This document shows positions 9,716 through 20,724 of a stretch of DNA of 64,000 bases, piece by piece. A program made the position numbers and the translations under genes. Position 1 is the stretch's first letter. Each line of letters opens with the position of its first letter. The DNA is taken from assembly GCA_963817525.1 (NCBI GenBank), contig CAWFOU010000007.1:1056001-1120000 (forward strand). The letters are read 5' to 3'. A model generated the notes under the pieces. That model made no database searches. It worked only from the letters and a program-made list of their open reading frames with translations, and was not told the origin of the DNA. The stretch is from an uncultured archaeon. GTDB taxonomy: Archaea > Thermoproteota > Nitrososphaeria > Nitrososphaerales > Gagatemarchaeaceae.

Positions 9716-10582
9716 CTAGGCGCGGAAGGTCTCGCCGAGGCCCGCGCCCGTGAGCACGGCGTCGAAGTAGATTAGGGTCTCAGCGACGAGGGAGAGCGCC
9801 AGCAAGAGGTAGTCCCCGTCGACGAGCCAGACCAGGAACCCGACCATCATCACGGCGTTCGCGATGATGAACACCCCGAGGTAGCTCAGCAGCGGCCTGT
9901 CGCGCTCCGTCCTGGTGCGCAGGTAGTAGAGGGCGAAGACGACCAGCCCGGTCATCACCGCCGCCTCGAGGTAGACCGTATAGGTCTCCCAGACCCGCGA
10001 CTCGACGGCCGTGGGGGTGAGGAGCATCACGAGCGCCTGGATCGCCAGGACCTTGAGGAGGTCGCTCCGCAGAGACCTGCGCAGGGCGAGCAGGGTGAAC
10101 CCCATCTCGCCGACCATCGTGAAGACGAACCAGTATGAAGTGATGCTGTACTCGAGCTCCTTCGCGACGTCCACGGCCGAGTACCCTGCCGTCAGCCCTA
10201 TCAGGCCGGCCGCGAGGTTGAACGTCCAGCCCATGAAGAGCTCGCTCAGGAGCAGAAGGACTACGTAGGCCGCCCTAAGCTGCGAGGTGTGGCTCAGGAG
10301 GAAGGAGAAGGGCTCCGGTCCGGTCCTGCCGGGCTCTGTCTGTATCACGACCTGAGCGACGTAGAGCCCCGCTATGGGCATCATCCCCACGGCCATGAAC
10401 ACGGCGATCTCCCAGATGACGACGTCGCTGATCCCAAAGCTGAGCGCGGTGAGGTAGAGGTAGGCCGGTCCGACGAGCATGGCCACCATCATGCCGAGCA
10501 GGATGAGCATGATCGACGCGTCTATCCCGGTCTTCGCCTTGACCGCCTTGGTCAAGACCCAGCTGATGAACGCCACCATCAA
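9716..10582 (-). CDS. Membrane protein, paralog of the N-terminal membrane domain of the adjacent polyferredoxin, lacking Fe-S motifs
   Basis: Shared LSE.FMGWTF, SYWF.FTM..EM..TL and Q...M.L.PTA motifs. Confidence 0.7.
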   Translation of the reverse strand: MMVAFISWVLTKAVKAKTGIDASIMLILLGMMVAMLVGPAYLYLTALSFGISDVVIWEIAVFMAVGMMPIAGLYVAQVVIQTEPGRTGPEPFSFLLSHTSQLRAAYVVLLLLSELFMGWTFNLAAGLIGLTAGYSAVDVAKELEYSITSYWFVFTMVGEMGFTLLALRRSLRSDLLKVLAIQALVMLLTPTAVESRVWETYTVYLEAAVMTGLVVFALYYLRTRTERDRPLLSYLGVFIIANAVMMVGFLVWLVDGDYLLLALSLVAETLIYFDAVLTGAGLGETFRA

Positions 10583-10758
10583 GAGCGCGACAGGCGCCAG
10601 GTAGCGGTCGGTGTCGGCCTGCGCGAGGGAGACTAGCGAGCCGCATCACCTCCCAGCGTGGCGCGGAGCGGAATAGCTCTCGCCTTTAGCTCAGACAACT
10701 GGGAAGACCGCCACTCCTACCGATAGATAACTGGACGGTCGGCGCCGCCCCGACGGGC

Positions 10759-12833
10759 CTAGCCGCTTCCCTCTCCCGTGAACCGGAAGTCTATCGGGCT
10801 CTCGGAGGGGCCTTGGCCCGAGGGGTGGGCGAGCGGTGGCAGGGGCATGTTGAGCTTCATCCTGATCCAGTTCCTCACGTCGAAGAAGAAGACGTTGTTG
10901 TAGGGGCAGGCAGAGACGCAGTCCCCGACGCCTATGCACTTGAAGCTCCTGAACTCCCCCTTCTCGATGAACGCGCCGGGCATGTCCGTGAGGCCGACGG
11001 GGCAGACCTTGGCGCAGTCCTTGGTCTTGCAGTCCATGCACGTGTCGCTACTCTTCACCTTTATCCTGAAGAGGCCCACCCGAGAGATGAGCTGGTTGAA
11101 GGCGCCCCAGCCGCAAACCCCCGTGGTTGCGCACCCATACGTCCCGACGAACGGGGTCATTATCCAGACGACGTACCAGAGGAAGCTGAAGTAGAACGCG
11201 TAGAGGAAGTAGCTCGGTGTCCTGGCCGAAGAACGTGATGTTCGAGGACCCCACCGATGTCAGGTAGGAGATGGCGGCCGTCGCAATCAGGGAGCCCCAA
11301 ACCAGCGTGATCGACTATCTTGTAGGCGGAGGGGATCCTGCTCGTGAGGTACTTCCTGCCGAGCTTGGATGTCCTGTTGAACTTGCTCATCGCGTCGAGG
11401 GTTGTTCCCTGGTACATCAGCGCGGCAGTGCAGAACAGAGAGCAGACCTGCCTGCTTCCGAAGAGGAACGAGAGCCCCCCGGAGATCAGGTAAGTCCCAA
11501 CCAGTGCGAGGATGACCGCTGGGGCGAGCGCCCCGGCGGTGCCCAGCCCCATGCTCCAGCCTATCCAGGGTATCGAGGGGAGCACCGCCCCGAGGACGAA
11601 GACCGGCAGGAAAAGGCTGTAGAGTCGCATAGGCGACTATCACAAGCACGAGCCTGATCTTGGTCTCGGTCTCTCTGGCGTATCTTATCTTGAAGACGAC
11701 GAGGGAGCCCATCTCTATCCCCATCATGGCCAGGAAGAGGAAGGACGCCGTGATGCTTGCGACGAACACGATAAAGTCGTAGAGCGCCGCGCCCACCACG
11801 GTCGTTGCCGAGCCAGCGAGCGAGGCGAAGGGAAGGCCGGTGAAATAAGAGGTCCCGTTCGCCTGGATGTCCAGGACCCCGCCCATGAAGAATTCGGCGA
11901 CGAAGACCGAGAGGAGGAGTGCGAAGGCCCAGTTAGGCATCGACAGCCATCCCTGCAGTGGAGGCGCGGAGAGCCTCTTTTCGTCCAGGACAATGGAGAA
12001 GTAGACGACCATCTCAGCTACGATCGAAGCTACGAACACAGTGGCGTCGCCATAGAGGAGCCACACGAACAATCCCGCCATCATCAGGGCGTAGGCGCCC
12101 AGCAAGCGGACGACGTAACTCAGCGCCCCTGCGGCCACCGTCTGGTTCTTGTAGAGGTACTCGAAGATGAAGATGATCGCGACTATCATCGCTCCGCTGT
12201 TTCCCCACAGCGCCCAGTACGCCCAAGATGAGTTGCTTATCGCGGTCGGGGAGAGGACCATTATGACGGTCTGCACCGCCACGAGCCAGCGGAAGTTCCT
12301 GGGGAACCTCCTCCCCACCAGGTAGAGGGTGACGGCCATCTCCGAGGCCATAGTGAAGATGAACCAGTACGAACTCATGGAGTCGACGAGCGAAGAGAGG
12401 ACGCTCTGCGTGGTGGTGGAGGCAACGCCAGAAACGAGCGCGAAGGTCCACCCCATGAACGCCTCCGAGAGCATCGCGAGGACGATCACCGCTGCAAACA
12501 CCAGCGACGTCGACGAGATGGAGCTCCCCTTCCGAGTCTCGTCGAGCGGCCTGTCTCCCCTGAAGAGCGCAGCCAGGATAGGAATCAGCCCGATGCTCAT
12601 GGAGATCATGTTGAGGGCCACAAGCTCGAATAGCGTGACGAAGCTCGGGAAATACTGGTAGATCACCGCGCTCAAGAACATCGAGGCCATCATCACCATC
12701 AGGAAGAGGACCAGTCCCGGCGTCAGTCAACGTCTTGACTGTGGAGCCTCTCTTGAGCAGCCACGCGGTGAGCAGCGCCATCAGCGCGGCTATCGCCCAG
12801 AGCACGAACGAGTCCAGCCTAGAAGGCCTCCAT
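10759..12833 (-). CDS. Large membrane 4Fe-4S binding protein (polyferredoxin, NapH/FoxG-like), broken by about 5 single-base insertions
   Basis: Consecutive ORF pieces 12014-12805, 11287-12699, 11160-11630, 11048-11254 and 10759-11160 join into one protein with GSRQVCSLFC, GTYGCATTGVCGWG, CMDCKTKDCAKVCP and CIGVGDCVSACP. Confidence 0.8.
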
Positions 12834-13028
12834 CGGACGTCCTACCATCTGCGTCCCTCGACGCGATCTAGAGCCAAAGCTGCGTGCGCGAGCGCGACCC
12901 CCATCCTCGCCGGGAGGACACTCCTGGCAAACACGTCTCGAGAACGCTCAGAATGCACTTTAACCGTTATGGCTCAAAGGGCGAAATCGCGCCAAGGTTA
13001 AATCGACGGTCGAGCATCTTCCTGGCCG

Positions 13029-13397
13029 TTGCTGACGATCGCCCTCTACTACGGCGACCTCGTGGAGGTTGCCCTGGCCGTCATCTCGGCTGCCCTCACG
13101 GTCGTCTCGATAGGCTCGTATAGGAAAAGGTCGGGGGCAAGGTTTCTGCTGCTCGCGCTCGCCTTCGTCCTTCTGTGCGTCGTCTCGGTCAGCACGGCAC
13201 TCTTGGAGCTCCTCGTGGATCTGGGGCCTGCGGCTATCCGGTTCGTGGAGGTGTACCTTAACCCCTCGCTGGAGCTCATGATGGCAGTTTGCCTCCTCCT
13301 CGCAGTGACGTGGTCCACCAAGTCGCGAAACCCACTGACAATAGCGGTCTCAGCGGCGCAATCGCAATCAGATAGGACGCGTAGAGAGCCCGAGTAG
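13029..13397 (+). CDS. Small membrane protein (3 TM)
   Basis: Hydrophobic 122 aa with SYRKRSGARFLLL, typical of small archaeal membrane proteins. Confidence 0.55.
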   Translation: MLTIALYYGDLVEVALAVISAALTVVSIGSYRKRSGARFLLLALAFVLLCVVSVSTALLELLVDLGPAAIRFVEVYLNPSLELMMAVCLLLAVTWSTKSRNPLTIAVSAAQSQSDRTRREPE

Positions 13398-13404
13398 CCG
13401 TCGC

Positions 13405-14190
13405 TCAGACGTTCGCAGGGAGCCTGCGCATGGAGCGCAGGTTCAGGTATAGCACCGCCACAGCGATGCACGGGAAGAGGAAGTAGGTGACGTAGTAGAT
13501 CCAGGGCGAGGAAGTCAACACCGCGGCCGCCGGCGCGGCGAGGCTGATGAGCCCCGCCACGGACAGGCAGCACGAAGCGCCCAAGACGATGCCCACTGCA
13601 GGGAGCACGACGAACGCCCTCGCCTTGTTCGTCCCCGTCCGGAGCTTGCCGAGTTCCCTGGTCCTGCCGATGTTGGCGACGACGAGGACGGCGATGACGA
13701 GAGCGACGGCGATGCTGTAGAAGCTCAGCGCCGCAGAGAATATGGGCGGCGCGGTCAGCACGATTATCGGGTTGTACGCGATGTCGAACGCGACGCTCAC
13801 AGGGGACGGCGGGCTGAAGAGGTTCGTCGTGACGAACAATCCGGCCGTGGCCGCGAAGGCGCCTATCCCGTAGTAGGAGGCGAGGATGACGTCGAAGAGG
13901 AAGCCGTAGAGCAACAGGTGTATCGATATGTAGACGACGAACGCCGCCGCGCCGAGGGTGGTCCGGATGGACTTTGCGAACTCCCGGGCGGCGTCGCGAA
14001 ACGGGATGGCGAGCAGGAAGAAGACCGCGGCGACCCAGAAGACGGCCGGGCCGGCGACCTCGTCCACGTTGAGGGAGACCTCTCCGAGGGAATAGCCTAG
14101 GCCTACCAGCGCCGTGCCCATCACGGCGACGACGAGCGCGGAGATGGCCGGGCCGCGCCTGCTGGCCCTCAGGTGGCTCGCTTCGTCCAT
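13405..14190 (-). CDS. Membrane protein with GASCC motif (paralog of 8920-9711)
   Basis: Same motif set as 8920-9711; start placed at ATG 14190. Confidence 0.75.
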   Translation of the reverse strand: MDEASHLRASRRGPAISALVVAVMGTALVGLGYSLGEVSLNVDEVAGPAVFWVAAVFFLLAIPFRDAAREFAKSIRTTLGAAAFVVYISIHLLLYGFLFDVILASYYGIGAFAATAGLFVTTNLFSPPSPVSVAFDIAYNPIIVLTAPPIFSAALSFYSIAVALVIAVLVVANIGRTRELGKLRTGTNKARAFVVLPAVGIVLGASCCLSVAGLISLAAPAAAVLTSSPWIYYVTYFLFPCIAVAVLYLNLRSMRRLPANV

Positions 14191-14382
14191 GTCTATCGAA
14201 ACCCTTACCGTGTAGACATAAGGCTTTGCGGGCGCCGCGGGCCGAGCGCGACATCGAGGTCTCCCCTGAAATCGATTAAATACGAACGCGCCTGGGAATC
14301 CGACGTGTCTCGGCACGCGGGCGCGTCGTTTGGGAGGGGGCAGAACAGCGTCATCGCCGCCGAGACAAGGAGAGCGTAATCG

Positions 14383-14832
14383 ATGTCATCATCGTCGCTG
14401 GGCACGAGAGGCTTCACCAGGATCATCGTGGCCGTGGATGGCTCAGAGGTCTCCCTCAGGGCCGCCGAGCACGCGACGCGAATCGCCAAGCAGGACGGCG
14501 CTGAGCTGGTCGCCCTCCACGTCGTGCCGGTCCCTCCCTTCGAGGTGAAGGGGGACCTCGCCGATATCTACGCGAGCGCAAGAAGGGACGCGAAGAAGTG
14601 GATGAAGGACGTGGAGGATATTGCGACGAGGAGCGGGATCGGCGTAAAGACAGAGGTAGTCGTCGGCGCGTACTCCGTGGTCGACGCGATTCTGGGATAT
14701 GCGGAGACGGTCAAGGCTGACCTCATCGTCACGGGGACTCGGGGGACGACTCCCTCGAGGAGGATGCTCGTCGGGAGCGTGGCCGACGGATTGGTCGAGT
14801 ACGCCGCATGCGCCGTCCTCGTCATACGCTGA
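14383..14832 (+). CDS. Universal stress protein (copy A)
   Basis: IIVAVDGS...ADLIVTGTRG-x9-GSV (ATP-binding G-x2-G-x9-GS motif)...CAVLVIR. Confidence 0.92.
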   Translation: MSSSSLGTRGFTRIIVAVDGSEVSLRAAEHATRIAKQDGAELVALHVVPVPPFEVKGDLADIYASARRDAKKWMKDVEDIATRSGIGVKTEVVVGAYSVVDAILGYAETVKADLIVTGTRGTTPSRRMLVGSVADGLVEYAACAVLVIR

Positions 14833-14856
14833 GCAGGGTCCGGATAGCGCTCCAAC

Positions 14857-16475
14857 TTGGCAGTAGCTAGGCTAGTCAGGGTGAGGCTGGAAGCGCCCAG
14901 GGGCGATGTGGGGGTGCTCCTCGCGGAGCTCATAAAATTCGCGGAGTTCCACCCCTCGAGGAGCCAGGGGATGGTGCAGGACATCGGCATACTCCTCCTG
15001 GCCTCGGAGGCCCAGGACATCTACACCAAGGCCGGCGACCTGCTCAGCAGCAAGAGCGGGGTGAGGACCGCGGAGGGCAAGAAGAAGGAGGTGGAGAGGT
15101 TCGAAGCCCACGACATCGAAGGCCTGCTAAAAGTGCTGGAGGAATACCTCGGCACGATCGAGGGGAACCTGTCGCTCTTCAAGGAAGAGAAGGACAAGCT
15201 CGGGGTCACCGAGGTACTCCTCGCCATCCAAGAGGCCTCGCTGATGGTGTTCACCGACCTGCAGAGGATATTCGTCTACCCCCTCGACGGAGGGAGGCTG
15301 AGGCTCGAGGGGTTCGTCCCCGCGCACTCTCTCGGGTCGTTCAGAAACTCCCTGGGCAGCTACCTGGTCTCCGAGGAGCCGGTCAAGACGCAGGGCAAGG
15401 AGGTGGCCTACGTCCCGACCCTCCTCGTGAACCCTCGGCTCGTCTCGGTGTTCGAGAGCATAACCCTCATGCGAGGCCTCCCTCGATACGGGGAGGTCGA
15501 CCCAACGCCCATCCTCGCGTTCGTCTTCCCCTTCTTCTTCGGAATAATGTTCGCCGACGTGGGCCACGGGATTGCCCTCCTCGCCCTCGGCCTGTACCTG
15601 GTCTACCGGACCGCCTACAAGTCTTGGGGGAAGCAGATCATCGTCTTGAGCTTCTCCACGGCCCTTTTCGGCTTCATCAGGGGGTCGTTCTTCGGCGTCG
15701 TGTTCACCTCGCCCCTGGAAGAGTTTCGTCAAGCTCCCGCAAGGCCATCACCGCGGGTTTCACTCTCTCCTCGATCCCGTTCCTCTTGGAGGTCGCGATA
15801 GCGATAGGCACCTTCCACCTCGCGAGCGCGTACGCCATCGCCTTCGTCAACCAGGAGAGGGCCGGAAACTACCTGGACGCCTTCCTCGACAGGCTGCCTA
15901 CCGTCGTGCTGTACTGCTTCCTCGTGCCGCTCGGCCTCGCCGCGGCCGGGACCATCCTCGACCTCGGCGCCCTCTTCACGAGCAGCGCGCCCACGCCCCT
16001 CTTCAACGACCTTCTCGGGCTGGACATCCCGGTCTCCGCGACCGCGCGCCTCTGCGTCCCTGTCGTCTTGGGCGCGCTGCTAGTGCTCGTCGCGGGGGAG
16101 CCCATTCGCGAATACCTGCCCACCCGGAAGTGGAGGAGCGCGGTCAGGGGGCTGGGCGCGGGACTTCTGCAAGGGGTGGCGAAGCCCTTCGAGTTCTTCG
16201 TGAACACCCTGAGCTATGTCAGGCTCGGAGTCCTGCTGATCACGACCACGCTGCTGGGGAGCCTGGTCGCGGGCGTCCTGTCGTACGGCGTCGTCGGCAT
16301 AGTCCTGGCGGTCTTCCTCAACATAGCCGTGATGAGCCTGGAGGGCCTGATCGTCTACCTGCAAGACATGAGGCTGCAGCTCTACGAGTGGCTCTCGCAG
16401 TTCTACGCAGGGACGGGTACGCCGTTCACGCCCCTCGTCTCCGGCGGAAGCCACTTCAGCGCAAGCTGGACTTGA
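14857..16475 (+). CDS. A/V-type ATPase subunit I (a)-like protein, copy A, with two +1 indels near 15720-15742
   Basis: PRYGEVDPTP, FFGIMFADVGHG, NTLSYVRL, QDMRLQLYEW..FY.G.G; ORFs 14857-15801 and 15624-16475 join; the intact copy is at 23078-24691. Confidence 0.85.
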
Positions 16476-16552
16476 CTCCCCGACGCTCTTAGTTCTGGGA
16501 ATCGTGTTCCCCGTTTAAGTAGAAGGGGGCGTCCGAAGGTGCGAAGCTCGCG

Positions 16553-17344
16553 TTGCAATCAACCAGAGGCTCACAGAGTGGCGAGAAGGCGCTGGACGGC
16601 AAGGTCGCCCTGATAACCGGGGCGGGTTCGGGTGTGGGCAGGGCGACTGCCAACCTCTTCGCCAAGAACGGGAGCTCCGTGATCGTGGTCGACCTCCTCC
16701 CCGACAGGGTCAACCAGGTCGTCGCCGAGATAAAGTCTGCCGGAGGCAGCGCGACGGGGGTGGTGATCGACCTCTCTATAGGCACGGAGGTCGACCGGAT
16801 GGTCGACGAGGCCTTGAGGTCCTCCGGGAGGGTGGACATACTGCACAACAACGCGGGCATAATGGACGGCGTCAGGCCCGTGGCCGACACGCCCGACGAG
16901 GTCTGGGAGAAGGTGATGAACATCAACATCAACGCCCCCTTCCGGGCGAGCAGGCGGGTCATCCCCTCTATGCTCAAGCAGGGGGGAGGGGTGATAGTCA
17001 ACACCGCCTCGGTGGCGGGTCTCTTCGGGGGAGTGGCGGGCGCCGCGTACACGGTCTCGAAGCACGCGCTCATCGGGCTGACCCGAAACACGGCCGCCTT
17101 CTACGGCTCAAAGGGGATCAGGTGCAACGCCATGGTGCTGGGAGCGGTGAACACGAACATAGGGGTCGGGAGCGCGCAGCCCAACCCGCTCGGGATGGAG
17201 CAGCTCGGCAAGGTAGCTTCCCTTGTCCCCAGGGTTGCCGAGCCCAGCGAGATAGCCGAGCTAGCGCTGTTCCTGGCCTCGTCCAGGTCGAGCTACGTCA
17301 ACGGCTCGTGCATAGTGATCGACGGCGGCTGGACGGTCTTCTAG
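16553..17344 (+). CDS. Short-chain dehydrogenase/reductase
   Basis: TGAGSGVG, NNAG, YTVSK, VIDGG. Confidence 0.92.
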   Translation: MQSTRGSQSGEKALDGKVALITGAGSGVGRATANLFAKNGSSVIVVDLLPDRVNQVVAEIKSAGGSATGVVIDLSIGTEVDRMVDEALRSSGRVDILHNNAGIMDGVRPVADTPDEVWEKVMNININAPFRASRRVIPSMLKQGGGVIVNTASVAGLFGGVAGAAYTVSKHALIGLTRNTAAFYGSKGIRCNAMVLGAVNTNIGVGSAQPNPLGMEQLGKVASLVPRVAEPSEIAELALFLASSRSSYVNGSCIVIDGGWTVF

Positions 17345-17417
17345 CAGAGTGCGCCTTCTGAAGAAGGCGTCCGGTCGCCGCAGATCGTAAGATGGCATCG
17401 ATGCCGGTGACGTTGGA

Positions 17418-18095
17418 ATGACCAAAATGGGAGCTGACCTCGACGGGATGTCCGTCCGCGAGGTGGAGGTCGAGTCCTACTCGGTCACTCTTCCGGGAAT
17501 ACTGACGCTGCCGAAAAGGAAACCGAAGGCGGTCGTCGTCTTTGCTCACGGGAGCGGCAGCAGCCGCCTAAGTCCGAGAAACGCCTACGTCTCGACGGCG
17601 CTCAACGAGGCTGGCTTCGGAACCCTGCTCTTTGACCTGCTCACGAGCAAGGAGGACGCGGTCTACGACAACCGCTTCGATATCGACCTCCTCGCGGAGC
17701 GCTTGACCGCCGCGACAGCATGGCTGCGCGACCAGCAGGGCGTGGCGGGTCTCGACGTGGGGTACTTTGGCGCCAGCACGGGCGCGGCGGCTGCTCTCCA
17801 GGCATCGGTCAGACGAAAGGAGGTCAGAGCGGTGGTCTGTCGGGGTGGGAGGCCCGACCTCGCTTGGGACTACCTCGACCGCGTGGAGGCTCCCACGCTC
17901 CTCATAGTCGGAGGGAGCGACGACAAGGCCGTCCTAGAGTTCAACCAGCGGGCCCTCGGACGGCTGAATCTCGGTGGCGAAAAGAGGCACAACGACCTCG
18001 TCATAATCCCAGGTGCGACCCACCTCTTCGAAGAGCCGGGAGCGCTCGAGGAGGTGGCAAGGGTGGCCACAAACTGGTTCCTGAAGTTCCTCTGA
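17418..18095 (+). CDS. Dienelactone hydrolase-like alpha/beta hydrolase
   Basis: FAHGSGSSRLSPRN, GYFGASTG, RGGRPDL, GATHLFEEPG. Confidence 0.88.
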   Translation: MTKMGADLDGMSVREVEVESYSVTLPGILTLPKRKPKAVVVFAHGSGSSRLSPRNAYVSTALNEAGFGTLLFDLLTSKEDAVYDNRFDIDLLAERLTAATAWLRDQQGVAGLDVGYFGASTGAAAALQASVRRKEVRAVVCRGGRPDLAWDYLDRVEAPTLLIVGGSDDKAVLEFNQRALGRLNLGGEKRHNDLVIIPGATHLFEEPGALEEVARVATNWFLKFL

Positions 18096-18207
18096 GAGGG
18101 ACCACGAGCCCCGTCTCCCTCCCCGCACTATCCGTCAGGGTTGCCAAGACTGAGAATCGTAGCCCTGGTTTTTAAGAGCGCGAGTAATCAAGGCGTCGCA
18201 GAGCCAG

Positions 18208-18723
18208 ATGTCACTTATCGATGCTCCCGTGAGAGGCGTCATGACCAAGGATGTGAAGACGATTGAGGCGACCAAGCCGCTTGCAGACTGCGTCAAGATC
18301 ATGGGGGACGCCAACATCGGGAGCGTGGTGGTAGTGGGGAAGGACAAGACGCCCGTCGGGATATTCACGGAGAGGGATCTGGTGAGGAAGATGGCCGAGA
18401 AAGGCCACGGAATCCTCGCACTCCCTATGGCGCAGACCATGAGCAAACCCTTGACGATCATCTCCCCGGTCGCGACGATCTGGGACGCGCTCACCCTCAT
18501 GGGGAGGGCTGGCATAAGGCGGCTCCCCGTCGTGGAGAACGGCCGCCTGGTCGGGATACTTACCGAGAGGGACGTCTTCCACCTCATTCTGGCTCGCCAG
18601 AGCCTCCTGCTCGAGTCCGTGTCCGAGTCTCTCCCGACGGCCACGAGGGAGCAGCTGAAGGACATGACCCAACGGTTCGGACTCGGGAGCCCTCCCGGCC
18701 GGGCGAGCGGAGCCGGCGAGTAA
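18208..18723 (+). CDS. CBS domain protein
   Basis: Two CBS repeats: IGSVVV..GIFTERDL and IRRLPVV..GILTERD. Confidence 0.9.
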   Translation: MSLIDAPVRGVMTKDVKTIEATKPLADCVKIMGDANIGSVVVVGKDKTPVGIFTERDLVRKMAEKGHGILALPMAQTMSKPLTIISPVATIWDALTLMGRAGIRRLPVVENGRLVGILTERDVFHLILARQSLLLESVSESLPTATREQLKDMTQRFGLGSPPGRASGAGE

Positions 18724-18766
18724 TCTCATCTAGAGGCCCGGGTCTGCCCATAGCGGGGATTCAGGA

Positions 18767-20623
18767 ATGGGGTTGGGCAGCGTCTTCCATACGGACCTTA
18801 CGCTCCTCCACGCGCCCTCGGTGTACGACTTTAGGAAGAGGACCATCCTGCAAGGCCCCATCGCCGACGCCGTCCCTTCCACCGACGAGTTCGAGATGTA
18901 CCCGGTCGGGCTGACCAGCATCGCGTCCTACCTCGGCAAGAACCAGTACAACGTCCGGATCGTGAACCTGGCCTACAGGATGCTCCACGACCCGTCCTAC
19001 GACGTGGAGAGGAGGCTCGGGAAACTGCACTCCACGGTCTTCGGCATCGACCTCCACTGGCTCCCCCACGCGAACGGCGCCCTGGCGATAGCCGAGCTGA
19101 CCAAGCGGCTTCATCCCGAGAGCTACGTGCTCATGGGTGGCCTCTCGTCGAGCTACTACCACGAGGAGCTGGTCAGGTACCCCTACGTCGACTTTGTCCT
19201 CCGCGGCGACTCCACCGAGGAGCCCTGCCGGCAGCTCCTCCAGGCCCTCCGGGAGAACAAGCCGCTCGGGTCGGTCGAGAACCTCACCTGGAAGCGGCCC
19301 GACGGGCAGGTGGTGGTCAACCCGCTCACCTTCGTCCCTGGCGACCTCGACTACGTCGACGTCCCGGACTACCTCTACGCGATCAAGACGATGCTGAAGT
19401 ACCGGAGCCTTGACGACCTGGCCCCCTACCTGAGGTGGCTGAAGTACCCGACGACCATGCTCCTCAACTCGAGGGGGTGCACGCTCGACTGCTCGACCTG
19501 CGGAGGCTCCCGCTCGGCCTACAAGGAGATCTGCGAGAGGTCTTGGCCCGCCTTCCGGTCACCGGAGAAGCTTGTCTCGGACATAAGGTCGATCCGGTCC
19601 TTCTCGAACAGCCCCATCATGATGATCCACGACCCGCGGCTGGGTGGACTCTCGCGCGCCGAGAGGTTCTTCGCGCTGCTGAAGAAGGAGAGGGTGCCGA
19701 ACGAGCTGGTCTTCGAGCTCTTCTATCCCGCGGGGGACGAGTACTTCCAGATGGTCAGGGAGAGCGTCAAGAGGTGGAGCGTGGAGGTCACGATCGAGAC
19801 GCCCGAGGAGAGGCTGCGCAAGCTCGACTGCCTCAAGTTCCCCGTCCCCAACAGCAGGATCGAGGAGACCATAGGGAGCGCGCTCTCCCACGGGTGCGAC
19901 AAGCTGGACCTGTTCTTCATGGTGGGCATCCCGCACCAGACCTACGCGGACGTCATGGCCACCATCCCCTACTGCGAGCACCTGATCGAGCGGTTCGACA
20001 AGGACAAGCGGCTCGAGTTCTTCATATCCCCGATGGGGCCGTTCCTCGACCCGGGCTGCGGGGCGTTCGAGGACCCGAAGTACGGGTACAAGCACTTCTA
20101 CACCACTCTCGAGGAGCACAGGCAGGCGCTCCTCCAGCCCACGTGGAAATCCATCCTTTCATACGAGACCGACGCGATGACGAGGCAGCAGATCATCGAC
20201 GCGAGCTACGACGTGGCCTCGGCCATGAACGAGCTGAAGCACAGGTACGGGCTGATCGACGAAGAGACGTACGCGCACGTGAGCCAGCACCAGAAGGCGG
20301 CGAGGGAGGCGATGGAGGGGATCGAGCAGGCCCTCCTCCTCCCCGAGGACCAGAGGCAGGGCGCCCTGCTGGCGATCCAGGAGAAGGTGCGGGAGGCGAA
20401 CGCCGACACGCTCTTCAGCAAGAAGGAGCTCGACTGGCACGCCAACAACGGCCTCCGGACCAGCGCGACGCTGCTGCGGACGGCCGCACTAGGCCTCGGG
20501 GAGGAGGTCGACCACAGCGTCCACCGTCTCTTCGGGAGATACGACACCGACGTCTACAAGGGGGAGCGGATACCCCTTCAGGCGATGACCATGGACGCCT
20601 TCAAGCAGCTGAACGCCTCGTGA
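18767..20623 (+). CDS. B12-binding radical SAM protein (TIGR04190/Ta0216-like)
   Basis: LLHAPSVYDFR, FEMYP.G, GIDLHWLPHA.G, RGCTLDCSTCGG (CxxxCxxC), PFLDPG. Confidence 0.85.
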   Translation: MGLGSVFHTDLTLLHAPSVYDFRKRTILQGPIADAVPSTDEFEMYPVGLTSIASYLGKNQYNVRIVNLAYRMLHDPSYDVERRLGKLHSTVFGIDLHWLPHANGALAIAELTKRLHPESYVLMGGLSSSYYHEELVRYPYVDFVLRGDSTEEPCRQLLQALRENKPLGSVENLTWKRPDGQVVVNPLTFVPGDLDYVDVPDYLYAIKTMLKYRSLDDLAPYLRWLKYPTTMLLNSRGCTLDCSTCGGSRSAYKEICERSWPAFRSPEKLVSDIRSIRSFSNSPIMMIHDPRLGGLSRAERFFALLKKERVPNELVFELFYPAGDEYFQMVRESVKRWSVEVTIETPEERLRKLDCLKFPVPNSRIEETIGSALSHGCDKLDLFFMVGIPHQTYADVMATIPYCEHLIERFDKDKRLEFFISPMGPFLDPGCGAFEDPKYGYKHFYTTLEEHRQALLQPTWKSILSYETDAMTRQQIIDASYDVASAMNELKHRYGLIDEETYAHVSQHQKAAREAMEGIEQALLLPEDQRQGALLAIQEKVREANADTLFSKKELDWHANNGLRTSATLLRTAALGLGEEVDHSVHRLFGRYDTDVYKGERIPLQAMTMDAFKQLNAS

Positions 20624-20724
20624 CTCGTCCGGGCTCACCCTCAGGTTCGCGTCCGGGCAGTTCTCAGGCCTGGGAATCAGCTTCACATTTTTAAGCGGCG
20701 CCCGACTTTCTCGGCCGACCCGAT

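Larger units (their letters stand above)
14272..16475 (+). repeat. Inverted duplication, arm A (promoter + USP + ATPase subunit I-like gene)
   Basis: Reverse-complement similarity to 23078-25274, including the upstream GATTAAATACGAA...GACGTGTCT block. Confidence 0.9.

Noticed and set aside
10759-12833. Polyferredoxin as a pseudogene
   Set aside because: Only single-base insertions, with no nonsense codons after repair and with motifs kept; sequencing error is more likely, but decay is not excluded.
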